A stretch of DNA of 64,000 bases from Diplonema japonicum. Its lineage: Eukaryota; Protista; Euglenozoa: Diplonemea. Shown one piece after another: positions 1 to 12,126 of the stretch. Position 1 is the stretch's first letter; each line of letters begins with the position of its first letter. Under the pieces are notes generated by a model, which saw only the letters and a program-made list of their open reading frames with translations, was not told the origin of the DNA and searched no databases. Made by a program: the position numbers and the translations under genes. The stretch spans positions 62,001 through 126,000 of the forward strand of contig OZ025678.1 of NCBI GenBank assembly GCA_964019335.1, in the 5' to 3' direction.

Positions 1-17
1 AGGAGACTGACCCGGTC

Positions 18-821
18 ATGAGGGAGCTGAGAAAAGCACGCAGAGGCGACGTGGTGAAGATAAAGGCACATCTGCTGAACGAAGAGAATCAAGAGAAGGT
101 GAGGCAATACGCGGAAAAGTGCAGCGATGTAAGCATCTTGGACGTCCAAGGGAGCATTGGGATGTTGGGGTTTCAAAGACTGTCACCTATGATCTGTGAC
201 CATGTCAGTACCCTGAAGAGGGTGATGCTTCGAGCAAACGACCTGCGCGTACCCGCCGTGCTGGACTTGGTGAGAGCATTGAACTTACCTTCCAACAAGA
301 CACTACAGCTGCTGGACTTGTCGTCGAACCCTATTGGGAACGAAGGGTTCAAAGTTCTGATGTCGAACACTCTTCACAACGACACCCTGTCCGCCCTCCT
401 TGTGTCCAAATGCAATATTTTTGATGAAGGTGTTGTTTCATCTCAGCCGTACATCGCTCACAAGACGCTGCCCAGCTCGGGGCGTTTTTATCTCAACCTC
501 TCACACAACATGATCGGGGCCAAAGGGCACACCATCATTGCCTCTTCGCTTCCCACTTGGATGTCCCTTTCCCTCACACGCCAACGCCCCCCTCTGCTCC
601 TCCCGTCCAGCCCCGTCAAGTCCCCGCCAAAGCCTGTCCCGGCACCTGACGACATGGACCTTGACAAAGACGATGCCTCGTCTTCGTCTTCGTCTTCTTC
701 TTCTTCGTCGTCTTCTTCAACCTCTTCCACCTCTCAGACCCGTCGCAGATATGTGTCTAAACATAGGCCGGCCATGATCCCCACCAGACCCGTGTGCCAG
801 CTTGTTCCCGTTAAGGTATAG
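18..821 (+). CDS. RNI-like leucine-rich-repeat protein with Pro/Ser-rich tail (may extend 5' of the window)
   Basis: LRR motifs TLQLLDLSSNPIGNEG, LSALLVSKCNIFDEG, YLNLSHNMIGAKG; frame is open upstream of the ATG to the window edge. Confidence 0.75.
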   Translation: MRELRKARRGDVVKIKAHLLNEENQEKVRQYAEKCSDVSILDVQGSIGMLGFQRLSPMICDHVSTLKRVMLRANDLRVPAVLDLVRALNLPSNKTLQLLDLSSNPIGNEGFKVLMSNTLHNDTLSALLVSKCNIFDEGVVSSQPYIAHKTLPSSGRFYLNLSHNMIGAKGHTIIASSLPTWMSLSLTRQRPPLLLPSSPVKSPPKPVPAPDDMDLDKDDASSSSSSSSSSSSSSTSSTSQTRRRYVSKHRPAMIPTRPVCQLVPVKV

Positions 822-1089
822 AGAGGAGGGTGGTTGGGGGGGAAAGTAATAACACAGATGAACAGCGGGGCCACGCGAATGACTGTCTTCACCGCGAACC
901 CGAAGCGGCGGCTGTACGTTGCTGAGGTGTGAGACGAAAGGAAGAGGAAGGGCGGAGGAGGAGGAGGAGGAGGGAGGGAAATCGAAAAACACACATTCCA
1001 CCCACCCCTCATTAAAAAAATTGGAAAACAAAAAAAACAAAAAACCAGTGTTACATCATTAATTATTTGTCATTCACATTCCACAAGTC

Positions 1090-1788
1090 ATGACAGCCAT
1101 GGGAGGACACAAGGCATGGGATGTGGTGAGCAGTGATTCCGATGAAGAACCAAGGGCACCGCGTAGCGGGAGGGTGGAACGGAGAAGGAAAGTAGGGGAG
1201 GAAGGAAAGCTGATGGAGTTGTTGAAGTGCGCTGGTGAGGCGATCGCCAGGCTGCAAAAAGAAAACGATGCGTTGAGAGAAGAGAACGAAGAACTGAAGG
1301 GGAGAAGGTGCAGCGATGGCACGGCAGAGGCAGTGGAACAGGCAATGACCCTGAATAACATGCTGAGAAAAAAGGTAGAAGAGCTGAAGCGGAAGAACGA
1401 AAAAGTAACCCGCTTGAAAGAAACCATAGAAGAGCTGACGGAGGAGAACAGCGAGGCAGTTAGACAGATTGCGCGTCTTAAGCTACAAGTGCAAGAAGGT
1501 ACCACGTCAGCACCTGTCCTCTCCTCAAGAGTGGTCCGGGCATATGCCCCACCTCACTCCAAGGAAGAGGCCATTATCAAACGGAAGATTAAGGATCTTG
1601 ACCTCCCCTTGGAGAGGGTCACTTCTACCACTTACACGTTGAATGCAAGGAAGAAGATATCGCTGACCACCAACCCTTCCGGTACCGTTCTTGTGAGGAC
1701 GGGAGGGGGGAATGAGGAACTTGAGTCGTTTGTGCGGAGGACGCAGCGCTCGCTTTCAGCGCCGAAGAAGAAAAAAATCGAGAGATAG
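1090..1788 (+). CDS. Coiled-coil protein with C-terminal GAR (Gas2-related)-like motif
   Basis: Long heptad-rich E/K/L region; C-terminal VLVRTGGGNEELESFV resembles the GAR consensus VMVRVGGGWxxLxEFL. Confidence 0.65.
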   Translation: MTAMGGHKAWDVVSSDSDEEPRAPRSGRVERRRKVGEEGKLMELLKCAGEAIARLQKENDALREENEELKGRRCSDGTAEAVEQAMTLNNMLRKKVEELKRKNEKVTRLKETIEELTEENSEAVRQIARLKLQVQEGTTSAPVLSSRVVRAYAPPHSKEEAIIKRKIKDLDLPLERVTSTTYTLNARKKISLTTNPSGTVLVRTGGGNEELESFVRRTQRSLSAPKKKKIER

Positions 1789-3343
1789 AGAGCTTTTTTT
1801 TTATTTTTTTATTTTTGTGCGCAAGGAAAATTAAAAAAAAAAAGGCATGATTTGTCTTTTTCTTATTCTTTCTTCCTCCTTCCCCCATCGTTACGTGGTT
1901 TCTATTTTTTTTTTAAACCCGGAAAGAACGAGAAAAAGAAATACAAAGAATCGGCCGCAAGCAAACAAAAGTTCTTTTTTTTATTATAGAAAAAAAGAAT
2001 TATACATTGACACGTCTATAAAACTCAAAGCATTTACAAATCACCAAAAAAAAAAGTGGAGTGGAAATTAAAAAAAAGAGGAAAAAATCCATTCCATGAT
2101 TTGTCCACCCCCCCCCCCCCCCCCCCCCTCCCCTGACCTTTCTGAAATATGGGCCGTTGCTAACCATTTCGTTTCCTATCACATAGTGAATTTAATTATG
2201 TTCGGGTGATGAAGGTTAAGGGGAGATGCTGTTAAAAAAAAGAAAAAAAAAAAGAGAAAAAAAAAAGGGATGTGCAGTGCAAAGTTTTTCTAATTTATTT
2301 CACCTCATCCGTTTTTTTCTAAATTATAATTTTTTTTTCTTTTTTTTTTTCAAGAACCACAAGAAAAAAAAATGAAGAAAAAAAAAAAGTGATACACCCT
2401 ACTAACCGGAGGGGAAAAAAAGGGGACATTCCCTACTTTATTTTATTCTTGTGGAAATTATATGGATTTGTCCTCGAGCCCTTCCCTGCTGCCTGGCTCC
2501 AAAAAAAGAAGTCCATTCCATCCACTTTTATTCTTTTTCTTAACTTGAGTCTCCTCTTCTTGCAGGCAAAACACCCACAAGTAAACTTGTCTATCTCCCT
2601 CTCCTTCTTCTCTACTACACTTTTGAGTTTTTTTTAAAGGACGAGCCTTTGCCTTGTCTAAACTAAAGGGACCGTTAACATTGTATTTACATGTCAACTT
2701 CTCCAGTTTTTTAACAAGTTCCTCCTCCAAAAGGGGTCACAGTAGCTGAAATAAAAGAAAAAAAAAAGGACGGGGAGGGGGAAGAGGAGCGGCCAAAAAG
2801 CAACCTCTCTCCCACCCCTCTCCCTCTCTTTCCTCTCTTCTCTTTCTTTCTTCTGCTCCGTCCCATTTTGGAAGAAAAGAAAAAAAAAAAGTCAACAAAA
2901 AAAAATCACTTCTCTCTACTTGCAAATATTAACAGAGTGACCTTTCTGTTGTTGCTGTTTGTCTTTTTTTTTTTTTTTTTTTTTTTATTTCTTTATACCC
3001 TGAAAACGAATTGGGGAGAAGTGTTTAGATGGAGGATGAGAGCGGCTAAGCTTTTTTTCTTCTTCTTCTTGTTCTCTGGGGGTAAAAGAGAAAAAAAAAA
3101 GCAGAAAGAGGTTCTGCCACAGCAAGGAAAAAACAAATACAAAAGGGACAAGGAAGACCAAAAGGGGGGCAGGGAAAGCGGAAGAAATGAATAGAGTGGC
3201 AAAGGGGACACATTTTCTCTCTCATCTACTGTGTTTTACACTTTTTTCCCCCATCTTTTTCCTTTTACCACCATTACCCCCTTCTTTATTTTTTCCCCCC
3301 CTTCCCCTACAGGCAGGGCGGGCGACCCCCACGCGATATCAAA

Positions 3344-6300
3344 ATGGGTGAGACGGAACAAATGCACGCCGCGCTGCTTAACAGCTTCAACCCGAATGCG
3401 CAGCTTAGAAAGCAGGCGGAGGACTTCGTGATGCAAGCATCCAGCATGCCGGGTGCGGTGAAGGCCTTCTATGAGATCGCAGCGGCAGGACACGTGGAGG
3501 TCCCCGTGCGCCAAGCGGCCGCCATCCGCCTGAAGAGAATCATTGAAAAACACGATTGGAACTCCGAACAGTCGATGAAGATAGTGAAGGAAGAGGAGAA
3601 GACACTCATGAAAGGCACCATCTTGGAATGTGTGTCCAACGCCCCGAAGGCCATCCAGAAGCAGCTCCTGGAGGTGGTGCGTCACATCGTGTCGTACGAC
3701 TTCCCTGCAAAGTGGCCCACGCTGGGCAACGAACTCGCCGTGTTCCTGAAGTCCAACAACATGGACAAGACAGTCGGTGCGTTGGCCATCCTTCGGAAGC
3801 TTGTGAAGAGATACGAGGCATGGGGCAAGGAGCGCCGTGCTGCAGAGGTGAACGACGTGACAGGTGCCTTCTTCCCCCTCCTCGTCGACATGTTCGAGCA
3901 CGTCAACAGGATGGGCCCCAACGCCACGGAGAGCGTCGCGGAGATCCAAAAAACGCTTCTCAAAATCTTCTTCTCCTCCAACTACAACGAGCTGACATCG
4001 TGCCTAAAGGACAGCCCTGAGCTCCTCGACAAGTGGATGACCTGCCTCCTGTTCGTCTTCAAGCAGCCCCTCGACCCCGCCTCCCTCGACGAGGACTCCG
4101 CCGCATGGAAGGCCAAGAAGTGGGGCGGCTATGTTCTCAAGTCCTTCATCGAGAAAGGCTGTGGACACAAGAAGGCCGACAAGACCTTCGTTCAGAAGTG
4201 GTACTCCAAGTATGGTGTCCCGCTGGTGGTTGCGTGTGCCGACCTTCTGGAGGTGACACGCACGATGAGCATGCCGCAGAAGACCGCGTGCAGGTTGATT
4301 TACTGCCTGCAGCTTGCGTTAGGTGTGCAGGCCCTTCACACGCCTCTTGCCCCGCGACTCGACCAGCTTGTTCAAGAGATCCTCTTCCCCTTCCTGTGCT
4401 TCTCTGACGATGACTTGGAGTTGTGGACAAGCAACCCCCACGAGTACACCAGAAAGAGCCACTCCGTCTCTTTCGAGTCTGACTTCTCCAGCGCCTCTGT
4501 CTTTTCGATGACCTACGTCATCAACTTGTGCACGGCAGACGGGAAGTACCACGACAAGAACACTATCTTCCGCTTCCTGCAGTTCCTCGACAAGGTTCTC
4601 AACGAGACCACGAACATGGCCGACCTTGTGCAGATGAAGAGGCGCTACGGTGCTCTCATCTGCATCGGGGGTCTGCGTTCTGTGCTGCTGGGTATCCCGA
4701 CGGTCAACAAAACACTGGAACAGCTGGTCGTGACACATGTGTTCCCTTCATACACCTCGCAGTTCGGGTTCATGAGGTGCAACTCCATCTGGGTGGTGTC
4801 GAGGTTCTCGAAACTGCAGTGGACTAGTGCCGAGAACTTCAAAACCGCACTGAATGCGAACCTTGCAATGATCAGGGACACCGAGATGCCTGTGCGGATC
4901 CAGGCGGGGATGTCCATTGCGAAGCTGGTGGCCAACAAGAACGCCATCGACATCATCAAACCCATCCTGGGGACGCTGGTGCAGGGCATGTTCACGTTGA
5001 TGAATGAGATCGACGCCGAAGAGCTGGTGCAGACGCTGGAGATCATCATCGGGAGGTACGGGGAAGACCTTGAGAAGGAGAGCATCCAGATCTGCCAAGA
5101 GCTGATTACCCACTTCCTGAAGATCACGAACGGCGTCTTCGACACCGACGAGTACGACATGGAAGCGATTGCCGCTGGGGAGAGGTGCTTGGGGACCATC
5201 TCCGCCCTCGTCTCTGCTGTCGTCGAGAAGGGTGACACTGTGACTAGCCTGCAGGTTGTGTGCATCCCGCTCCTGCAGCGCCTCCTCACATCTGACTATA
5301 TCGAGTTCTTCGACGAGACCATGAAGCTCATCACCATCCTCACCGTCTACTGCAGGAAGATCGCCCCTGAGTTCTGGGTTGTCTACGACAGCCTTCACAC
5401 CGCTTTCATGACCTACGCTGACGACATGACGAGTGCCCTGGCGCCCTTCGACAACTTCATTTCCAAGGAGCCCGAGGTCTTCCTCCGCTCGCAGGACAGG
5501 ATTATAAAGCTGGGCACACTGTGCGAGAAGATGCTCACCAGCGGCGACATGCACGAGAGGGATGTCATGATCGCCCCGAAGCTCATTGAGGTCTTGCTGC
5601 AGCATGCCAAGCCGTACACTGCACTGCTGGACCCTGTGGTGGGGACGTTCTACGACTACGCCTTCCAGAGGCTTAACCAACCAAAGACCGGTAATGCCCT
5701 AAAGGTGCTGCTGTGCAACGTGATCCTGAACGGGTTGTGGTACAACGCACCCCTGACGCTCGAGTATCTGGAGCGTAGGGGTATCACTGCCACGTTCTTC
5801 AATGGCTGCTTCTCTCTCCTCTCTAAATACCAGAAACCATCAGACTTGAAGGTTGTCGTGCTCGGCATGGTCAACACGTTGGGTGTGGGCGTCTCGGCAC
5901 CACTCCCTGCCTTCTTCACACCGGATATGGTGCTGCGCATTGCTAACGAGTGTTTAACCCTCACGATGAAGAGGTACGAGATTTGCTTGAAGATCGACGA
6001 GACCAAAATCGAAGAAGAGTCTGAAGAGGACTCCGAAGGCCCCCTCGGCATGGGGATGTTCGGGGGTGCTGGTGCTGGCAACTTTGAGGACGACGATGAT
6101 GATGATGATGACGATGAAGACGGGATGGATGAGAACGCCTTCCAAATCCTGTGCCAGAAGGTATTATTATCTAGTTGCGAGACAACACACTCTTACAGGC
6201 ACGTGAGCAAGAGGACGACTACGACGACTATGATGAAGAGCAAGAGGTGTGGTCTGTCATCGACGAGGTATGGTAGTGTGGTAGGTTGTTTAAAAAAAAA

Positions 6301-6554
6301 CCTTTTTTTTTAAAGGTGAGCGAGGCAGCCTTCATGAGGGACTATCTTGAACAGGTGAGGACAGGTAACCCTCAGCTCTTCCAAAGTTTTGCGGCGGCGG
6401 CGAACCAAACCCACCTGAGCAGCCTCACCAAAGCTGCTGAATATGGAGAGAAGCAAGCAAGGTTTGTTTTAACATCAAAACAAAACGAAACAAAAAAAAA
6501 AAAAATAGAGAAGCCACTGAAGCGAATCAGGACCCCGTCAACTTTGTGAGTTAA
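3344..6554 (+). CDS. IPO7: Importin-7/8 family (importin-beta-like HEAT protein); introns 6161-6198, 6268-6315, 6462-6508
   Basis: IBN_N motif LRKQAE...VRQAAAIRLK, YDFPAKWP, WKAKKW, DDDLELWTSNPHEY, acidic C-terminal loop; removing three GT-AG introns gives a continuous C-terminus ...QDPVNFVS*. Confidence 0.88.
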
Positions 6555-6879
6555 AAGAAAGTTTTTTTTTAAAGTATCAGTACACGCGCCTCCTATTCAT
6601 TTTTTTTCTTCCATGCCTTTATCATGCCTTTTCTTCTTTATATTTTTTTCTTTTTTTTTTATTTTTTTTCCTTTCTTCTTTTCACTCTCGTATTCTTCAA
6701 TCATCATCCGGTTATATTTCTTTTTTTGTTTTATGTATTATCTTCGTTCTTATCTGTTCGAATTGTGGGAAACAAAACACAAAAAAAAAAAGGAACCTCC
6801 CCCCTCCAGAGAAACAAAAAAGAATAATAATAATCGAGTCTCTCGTTTATTCATCTCCCATTTTATCTTTTATCAAGCA

Positions 6880-9800
6880 ATGAACGACCACGACGATGGA
6901 GTTGAGGTCGGTGAGTTTACAAAACCCAACCTCCTCGTGTCGATTATGTTCGTCACACACAAGAACTTTGTGTTGAAGTTGAGGCAGCTGGTGGGCACGC
7001 TCGTGGAGGTGATAATCCCGACCTTCTTCATGGTCGCACTGATCCCCGCATACATTGCAGCAGGCTCAAGTGATTATGACAACAGGGAATTCTACGGAAA
7101 TCATTTCGACATTGATGCATTTTACAAGCCCTGGATGTGCAGAAATGCAAGCATTGACGCACGTCTTATGGAATATCCCCTCTGCAACACTAGTGCTCCT
7201 GCGACTCACTGTCTCGGGGACCTCTGTTTAAACAGTTCTGTCCCTTTGAACGACGACGACGGGACGCTCAGCAGGATGCTGGACCCTTTCTACTTTGTCG
7301 AGAACTCTACCACCATCCCTAGCTACGACACTATTGCGTTGCTGCGCCACTTTTCAATGTATGCGGACATACCAGGGACCAACAACTTCGGTGTCAATGT
7401 AGCGAACGCGCTCCGTACTGGTGACGGTGTTGCATTCGTTCCGCAGAACCCTGACGTTGCTCATGTTGTCGCGGACTACAACGAGTGGTTCAACAGCAAA
7501 ACTTACACCTACAACTTCACAAAACGCTCGTTCTCCTCCGAGAGGGACGCTACAAACTACGCCACCTCACGCGACGGGTCCAGCAAGATCTGGGCCCTTG
7601 TTGTCTTCAGGAGCCGCACCGACTTCGTCATCAGGATGAACCGTACCGCGACCCCCAGTACTGACGACTACGACTCCGAAAGCATGGGGCTCAACAAGCA
7701 GTTTCGCCAGTACATTGGTGGTGGGTTCTTGTCCATCCAGACTCTTCTGAACGCTTACATCACGAATGGTACCGACGACCAAACCGCCACCATCATGCCG
7801 ATGCCCATCCAAGGGTACTCCAGGAACGGCTTCCTTGACGCCGCGGGTGACTTCCTTCCGATCATCCTCACCCTTGCCTTCCTGTTCCCCATGTCGCAGA
7901 TCGTGTCGAATATCGTCAAAGAGAAGGAGGCCAGAATCCGTGAGGCGATGCTCATCATGGGGCTGTCGTCATGGTCGTTCAAGCTCTCGTGGGTCCTGAC
8001 CACCATGCTTCAGATGTCGTTCACTGGTCTGCTGCTTTCCATCGTGGTGAAGGCGTCGTACTTACACGAAACGGACTACGGGATCATCTTCATGCTGTTC
8101 TGGAGTTACTGTCTGTCGCTTGCTTCCGCTGGTATTCTTTTGTCGGTGTTCTTCTCAAAGGCTTCGCTTGCCAGCATTGTGAGTCCTATGGTCTTCCTGT
8201 TCTCTGCCATTCCTTCTTTCGTCCTCCAGAGCTCGTCAACAGGCACGAAGTCCATGCTGTCCTTCTTCAACACCTTCGCCTTCAGCGAGGCTGTGTCTCT
8301 TGTGTACAAGGCTGCTGGTAAGGGCGCCCCGATGACCTGGAGCAACGCAGGTGATGGGTCGTTCTCGTTCTCCACCGCCCTTGCATTCCTGTGGATCGAC
8401 ACCATTCTTTATCTGCTCCTTGCCGCGTGGCTGGACCAGGTTCTGCCCAGCGAGTGGGGTGCCAAGAAGCCCTTCTGCTACTACTGCTGGCCTCCCTACT
8501 GGTTCAAGAAGAACTCTTCGTACGAGGAGCTGGACGCAGTGGACGGGATGATGGACCGCAAGAACCTCGAGAGCATCACTGACCAGAGCCTCCTCAACAT
8601 GGAGAGGATCAAGATCACCAACCTGCGCAAGGAATTCAAGAGCGACGGGTTGACGAAGGTGGCTGTGAACAACGTGAACCTCACGCTGTACGAGGGGCAG
8701 ATCCTTGCGCTGCTGGGACACAACGGTGCGGGGAAGACGACGCTCATCAACATGCTGACCGGCATGCTGCCTGTGTCCGGTGGTGACGCCACCGTGTTCG
8801 GGAACTCTATCCGTTACGACTTGAACGAAGTGAGGCGCGACATCGGGCTGTGCCCGCAGCACAACATCCTGTGGGACAACATGTCGTGTGCCGAGCACCT
8901 CCGTTACTACGGGCGCATTAAGGGCATCCCGCAATCAGAGCTTGAGGACCACGTGGACAAGATCCTCAAGAAGGTGGAGCTCGATGACAAGAAAGACGTG
9001 TACTCCGCATCGCTCTCCGGTGGGATGAAGAGAAAGCTCAGCGTTGGTATTTCCTTGATGGGAGGACCTAAGTTCATTATCCTCGACGAGCCCACCGCAG
9101 GGATGGATGTGCAAGCAAGGAGGGCGATCTGGGACCTGCTCAAGACTGTGAGGGCCGGTAGGACCATCATGCTGACGACGCATTTCATGGACGAGGCAGA
9201 CTTGCTGGGCGATTCTATCGCCATTCTGCATGGCGGGCGTGTGAACTGCTGGGGGTCTTCGTTCTTCTTGAAGCAGAGGCTTGGCGTTGGGTACAACCTC
9301 ACGATGGAGTTGGAAGCAAACGCGAACATTGAAAAGATCACGAACACCATCAAGGGTGAGATCGAACCGCTGAAGAAGGACAACTTACAGGAGGTCGAGC
9401 TACTGTCGTCTGCAGGGTCGGAGCTGGCATACAGGGTGCCCATGTGGGGGCTTCCGAACTTTTCGCACATGTTCGAGCAGTTTGAAAAGTATGGTAAGGA
9501 TCTTGGTGTCAACTCGTTCGGTATGAGCGTGACTACCTTGGAGGAGATCTTCATCAAAATCGCTCACGATAACGAGCACCACGAATCTGAGCCCCAACCT
9601 CAGATCCAGACTGAGGTAAATTCAAAACTGCTGTCCAACGAGCAACCTGTGTACGACGACCATCACGCACAGCTGCTTCAGGGCATCGACATCGACCCCA
9701 ACGACAGGCTGCACGAGAAGGAGCTGTTCCGCTCGCAGTGGCGCGGTCTCTTCTACAAGAGGTTTAAGTACAGCAAGCGTGACAAGTGCACCATCGCCTT

Positions 9801-12126
9801 CCAGCTTGTGCTGCCTGTTGTCCTGATCGCTTACACCCTGCTGCTGGCCAACATCCCCATCAATGACCTGCCTTCCATCGACTTGTCGCACTACGATGAA
9901 GACTCTATCTTCCCCATGAACCCTGTCAACAACCCGTATGGAGACAACAAGCTGGATGGGATCGCACCCATGCCTGGCACGTACAGCTCAGTGGAGAACA
10001 TGAGCAACTATTTGCTGCACAGGAACGACAACGACACTAGAAAGTGTTGGCAGGCACTGTTCCAGACGGTTCCCTCCTTCGATGCTGAAAAGATTATTTT
10101 CCACAACGCGAGCAGTCTGCACAGTCTTCCGATCTCTCTGAACAGCTTCACCTCGTTGGAGGAGATGGCTGGGGACCGCAGCGCCGTCAAGCTCACCAAC
10201 AACCCCCTCCCGTTCAGCGACTACTTCAGAGATCAGATCAAAGGGATGCAGGCCATCAGCATTGCCATCAACATCATGCTTCCCTTCTGTTTCATCCCCG
10301 CCAACTACGTCGCCTTCCTTGTCAAAGAGCGTGTCTCGAAGTCGAAGCACGTGCAGGTTGTGTCTGGGGTGAACCTCACTGCCTACTGGCTGTCGAACTT
10401 CTGCTGGGACCTTGTGGCCTTCATGATGAGCACCTTCCTGTCCATCATCGTCTTCTTCATGTTCGACAGGACGGAGTACATCGGTAGCATGGAAGCCTTC
10501 ATGGCGGTCGTGTTGTTGTTCTTCTTCTACGGTATTACTGCTATCTTCGCGGCGTACCTTGCGTCCTTCTACTTCCAGAAGGCGACGACGGGGCAGAACA
10601 CAGTGCTTATGGGCAACTACATGTCGGGCTTTGTGCTTGTGATTGTGATTGGTATCCTGCAGATCATCGAATCTACAAAGGACGTGGCGAAGGTGCTGAG
10701 GTTCTTCTTCAGGATCATCCCTGCCTTCTGCCTTGGGGACGGTATCCTCGCACTGTCGCAGCTGCCGTCAAACAGGAACATGGGGATCACCAGCGACACG
10801 CCCCTCTCGATGGATGTTGTGGGGTGGGACATCCTCTTCATGTCCATCATGTTCCCTGTTTACGCCGTTCTCGCTATGTCTCACGACTTCCCGCAGATCT
10901 GGTACAAGCTGGGCATCAAGTCACCCCCTGCCACAGACGGTGAAAGCAGCGAGCTGACCGCCACAATGGACGACGACGTTGCCGCTGAGAAGAACGCCGT
11001 GATGGCAGGCAGAGAAAATGATGTTGTCTCGGTGCGCAAGCTGAGGAAGGTGTACCCCTCGCAGAACGGGCTGCCTCCTAAGGTCGCTGTCAAGGAAGTG
11101 ACATTCGGTGTTAAAACCGATGAGATCTTCGCGTTCCTGGGAACGAACGGCGCGGGCAAGACGACAACCATCTCGGTGCTTGCGGGTGACTTCCCACCCA
11201 CAACAGGGACTGCATCCATCAAGGGCTTCGATGTTGTGACGCAAGCTGCGGAGGCGAAGAGGGAACTTGGGTACTGCCCGCAGTTCGACGCACTACTGGA
11301 CCTGCTGACACCGAAGGAACACATTGAACTGTACGCCGCGCTGCGTGGTGTACCTGTGTCCATGAGGGAGACCATGTCGGTGAGCCTCATGAAGATCTTA
11401 GGCTTGGACGAGCATCAGAACACGGTTTGCAAGTCGCTGTCCGGCGGGAACAAGAGGAAGACGAGCATTGCGATTTCACTTATCGGTGGACCGTCGTGTA
11501 TTCTTCTTGACGAACCGACCGCAGGGATGGACCCTGTTGCCAGGAGGGGGATGTGGACAGCACTTCAGTCGATCGGGAAGGGAAGGTGCGTCGTGTTGAC
11601 TACCCACCACTTGGAGGAGGTCGAGGCCCTCGCGCACCGCACTGCCATCATGGTTGACGGTGGGCTGCAGTGCTTAGGAACGCTGACCCACTTGAAACAC
11701 AAGTTTGGTGGTGCGTATGAGATCCAGGCCAAGGTGACCCCAGACAAGGAAGCGGAAGTTATCGCGTTCTTTGCATCCACATTCCCGGAATCGGTTCTGA
11801 TCGAGCAGACGAACCACCGCCTCACCTACCAGATGCCTTCGGGGCAGAAGCTTTCTCAGATGTTTTCTGTCATCCAGGGAGTCCGCGAGTCCCTTGAAAT
11901 CATCGATTACTCCATCAGTGAGACTTCGTTGGAGCAAGTGTTCATCGCCATCTGTAAGAAGTACATTGACCAAAGCCATGCGGAGGCCGAGAAAGTGCAT
12001 GAAAGTATCTCTGAGGTATGCGATTTTTTTTTTTTTGAGGGAGAAAAAAAAAAAAAAATACAGCAGCAATCTCTGAACCCCATCAAGAGGAGTATCCAGA
12101 GTATTAAAAGCTCTCTTGGTGCGTAG
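6880..12126 (+). CDS. ABCA: ABC transporter subfamily A (full size); probable in-frame intron 12016-12063
   Basis: Two NBDs (GHNGAGKT/LSGGMKRKL/LDEPTAGMD; GTNGAGKT/LSGGNKRK/LDEPTAGMD), two TMDs, IVKEKE, TLEEIF and SLEQVF motifs; ORF-track N-terminus upstream of 6880 is low-complexity leader. Confidence 0.95.
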   Translation: MNDHDDGVEVGEFTKPNLLVSIMFVTHKNFVLKLRQLVGTLVEVIIPTFFMVALIPAYIAAGSSDYDNREFYGNHFDIDAFYKPWMCRNASIDARLMEYPLCNTSAPATHCLGDLCLNSSVPLNDDDGTLSRMLDPFYFVENSTTIPSYDTIALLRHFSMYADIPGTNNFGVNVANALRTGDGVAFVPQNPDVAHVVADYNEWFNSKTYTYNFTKRSFSSERDATNYATSRDGSSKIWALVVFRSRTDFVIRMNRTATPSTDDYDSESMGLNKQFRQYIGGGFLSIQTLLNAYITNGTDDQTATIMPMPIQGYSRNGFLDAAGDFLPIILTLAFLFPMSQIVSNIVKEKEARIREAMLIMGLSSWSFKLSWVLTTMLQMSFTGLLLSIVVKASYLHETDYGIIFMLFWSYCLSLASAGILLSVFFSKASLASIVSPMVFLFSAIPSFVLQSSSTGTKSMLSFFNTFAFSEAVSLVYKAAGKGAPMTWSNAGDGSFSFSTALAFLWIDTILYLLLAAWLDQVLPSEWGAKKPFCYYCWPPYWFKKNSSYEELDAVDGMMDRKNLESITDQSLLNMERIKITNLRKEFKSDGLTKVAVNNVNLTLYEGQILALLGHNGAGKTTLINMLTGMLPVSGGDATVFGNSIRYDLNEVRRDIGLCPQHNILWDNMSCAEHLRYYGRIKGIPQSELEDHVDKILKKVELDDKKDVYSASLSGGMKRKLSVGISLMGGPKFIILDEPTAGMDVQARRAIWDLLKTVRAGRTIMLTTHFMDEADLLGDSIAILHGGRVNCWGSSFFLKQRLGVGYNLTMELEANANIEKITNTIKGEIEPLKKDNLQEVELLSSAGSELAYRVPMWGLPNFSHMFEQFEKYGKDLGVNSFGMSVTTLEEIFIKIAHDNEHHESEPQPQIQTEVNSKLLSNEQPVYDDHHAQLLQGIDIDPNDRLHEKELFRSQWRGLFYKRFKYSKRDKCTIAFQLVLPVVLIAYTLLLANIPINDLPSIDLSHYDEDSIFPMNPVNNPYGDNKLDGIAPMPGTYSSVENMSNYLLHRNDNDTRKCWQALFQTVPSFDAEKIIFHNASSLHSLPISLNSFTSLEEMAGDRSAVKLTNNPLPFSDYFRDQIKGMQAISIAINIMLPFCFIPANYVAFLVKERVSKSKHVQVVSGVNLTAYWLSNFCWDLVAFMMSTFLSIIVFFMFDRTEYIGSMEAFMAVVLLFFFYGITAIFAAYLASFYFQKATTGQNTVLMGNYMSGFVLVIVIGILQIIESTKDVAKVLRFFFRIIPAFCLGDGILALSQLPSNRNMGITSDTPLSMDVVGWDILFMSIMFPVYAVLAMSHDFPQIWYKLGIKSPPATDGESSELTATMDDDVAAEKNAVMAGRENDVVSVRKLRKVYPSQNGLPPKVAVKEVTFGVKTDEIFAFLGTNGAGKTTTISVLAGDFPPTTGTASIKGFDVVTQAAEAKRELGYCPQFDALLDLLTPKEHIELYAALRGVPVSMRETMSVSLMKILGLDEHQNTVCKSLSGGNKRKTSIAISLIGGPSCILLDEPTAGMDPVARRGMWTALQSIGKGRCVVLTTHHLEEVEALAHRTAIMVDGGLQCLGTLTHLKHKFGGAYEIQAKVTPDKEAEVIAFFASTFPESVLIEQTNHRLTYQMPSGQKLSQMFSVIQGVRESLEIIDYSISETSLEQVFIAICKKYIDQSHAEAEKVHESISEVCDFFFFEGEKKKKIQQQSLNPIKRSIQSIKSSLGA

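Noticed and set aside
2430-2740. Coding-like minus-strand segment
   Set aside because: No recognisable motif or proper start; possibly an old relic
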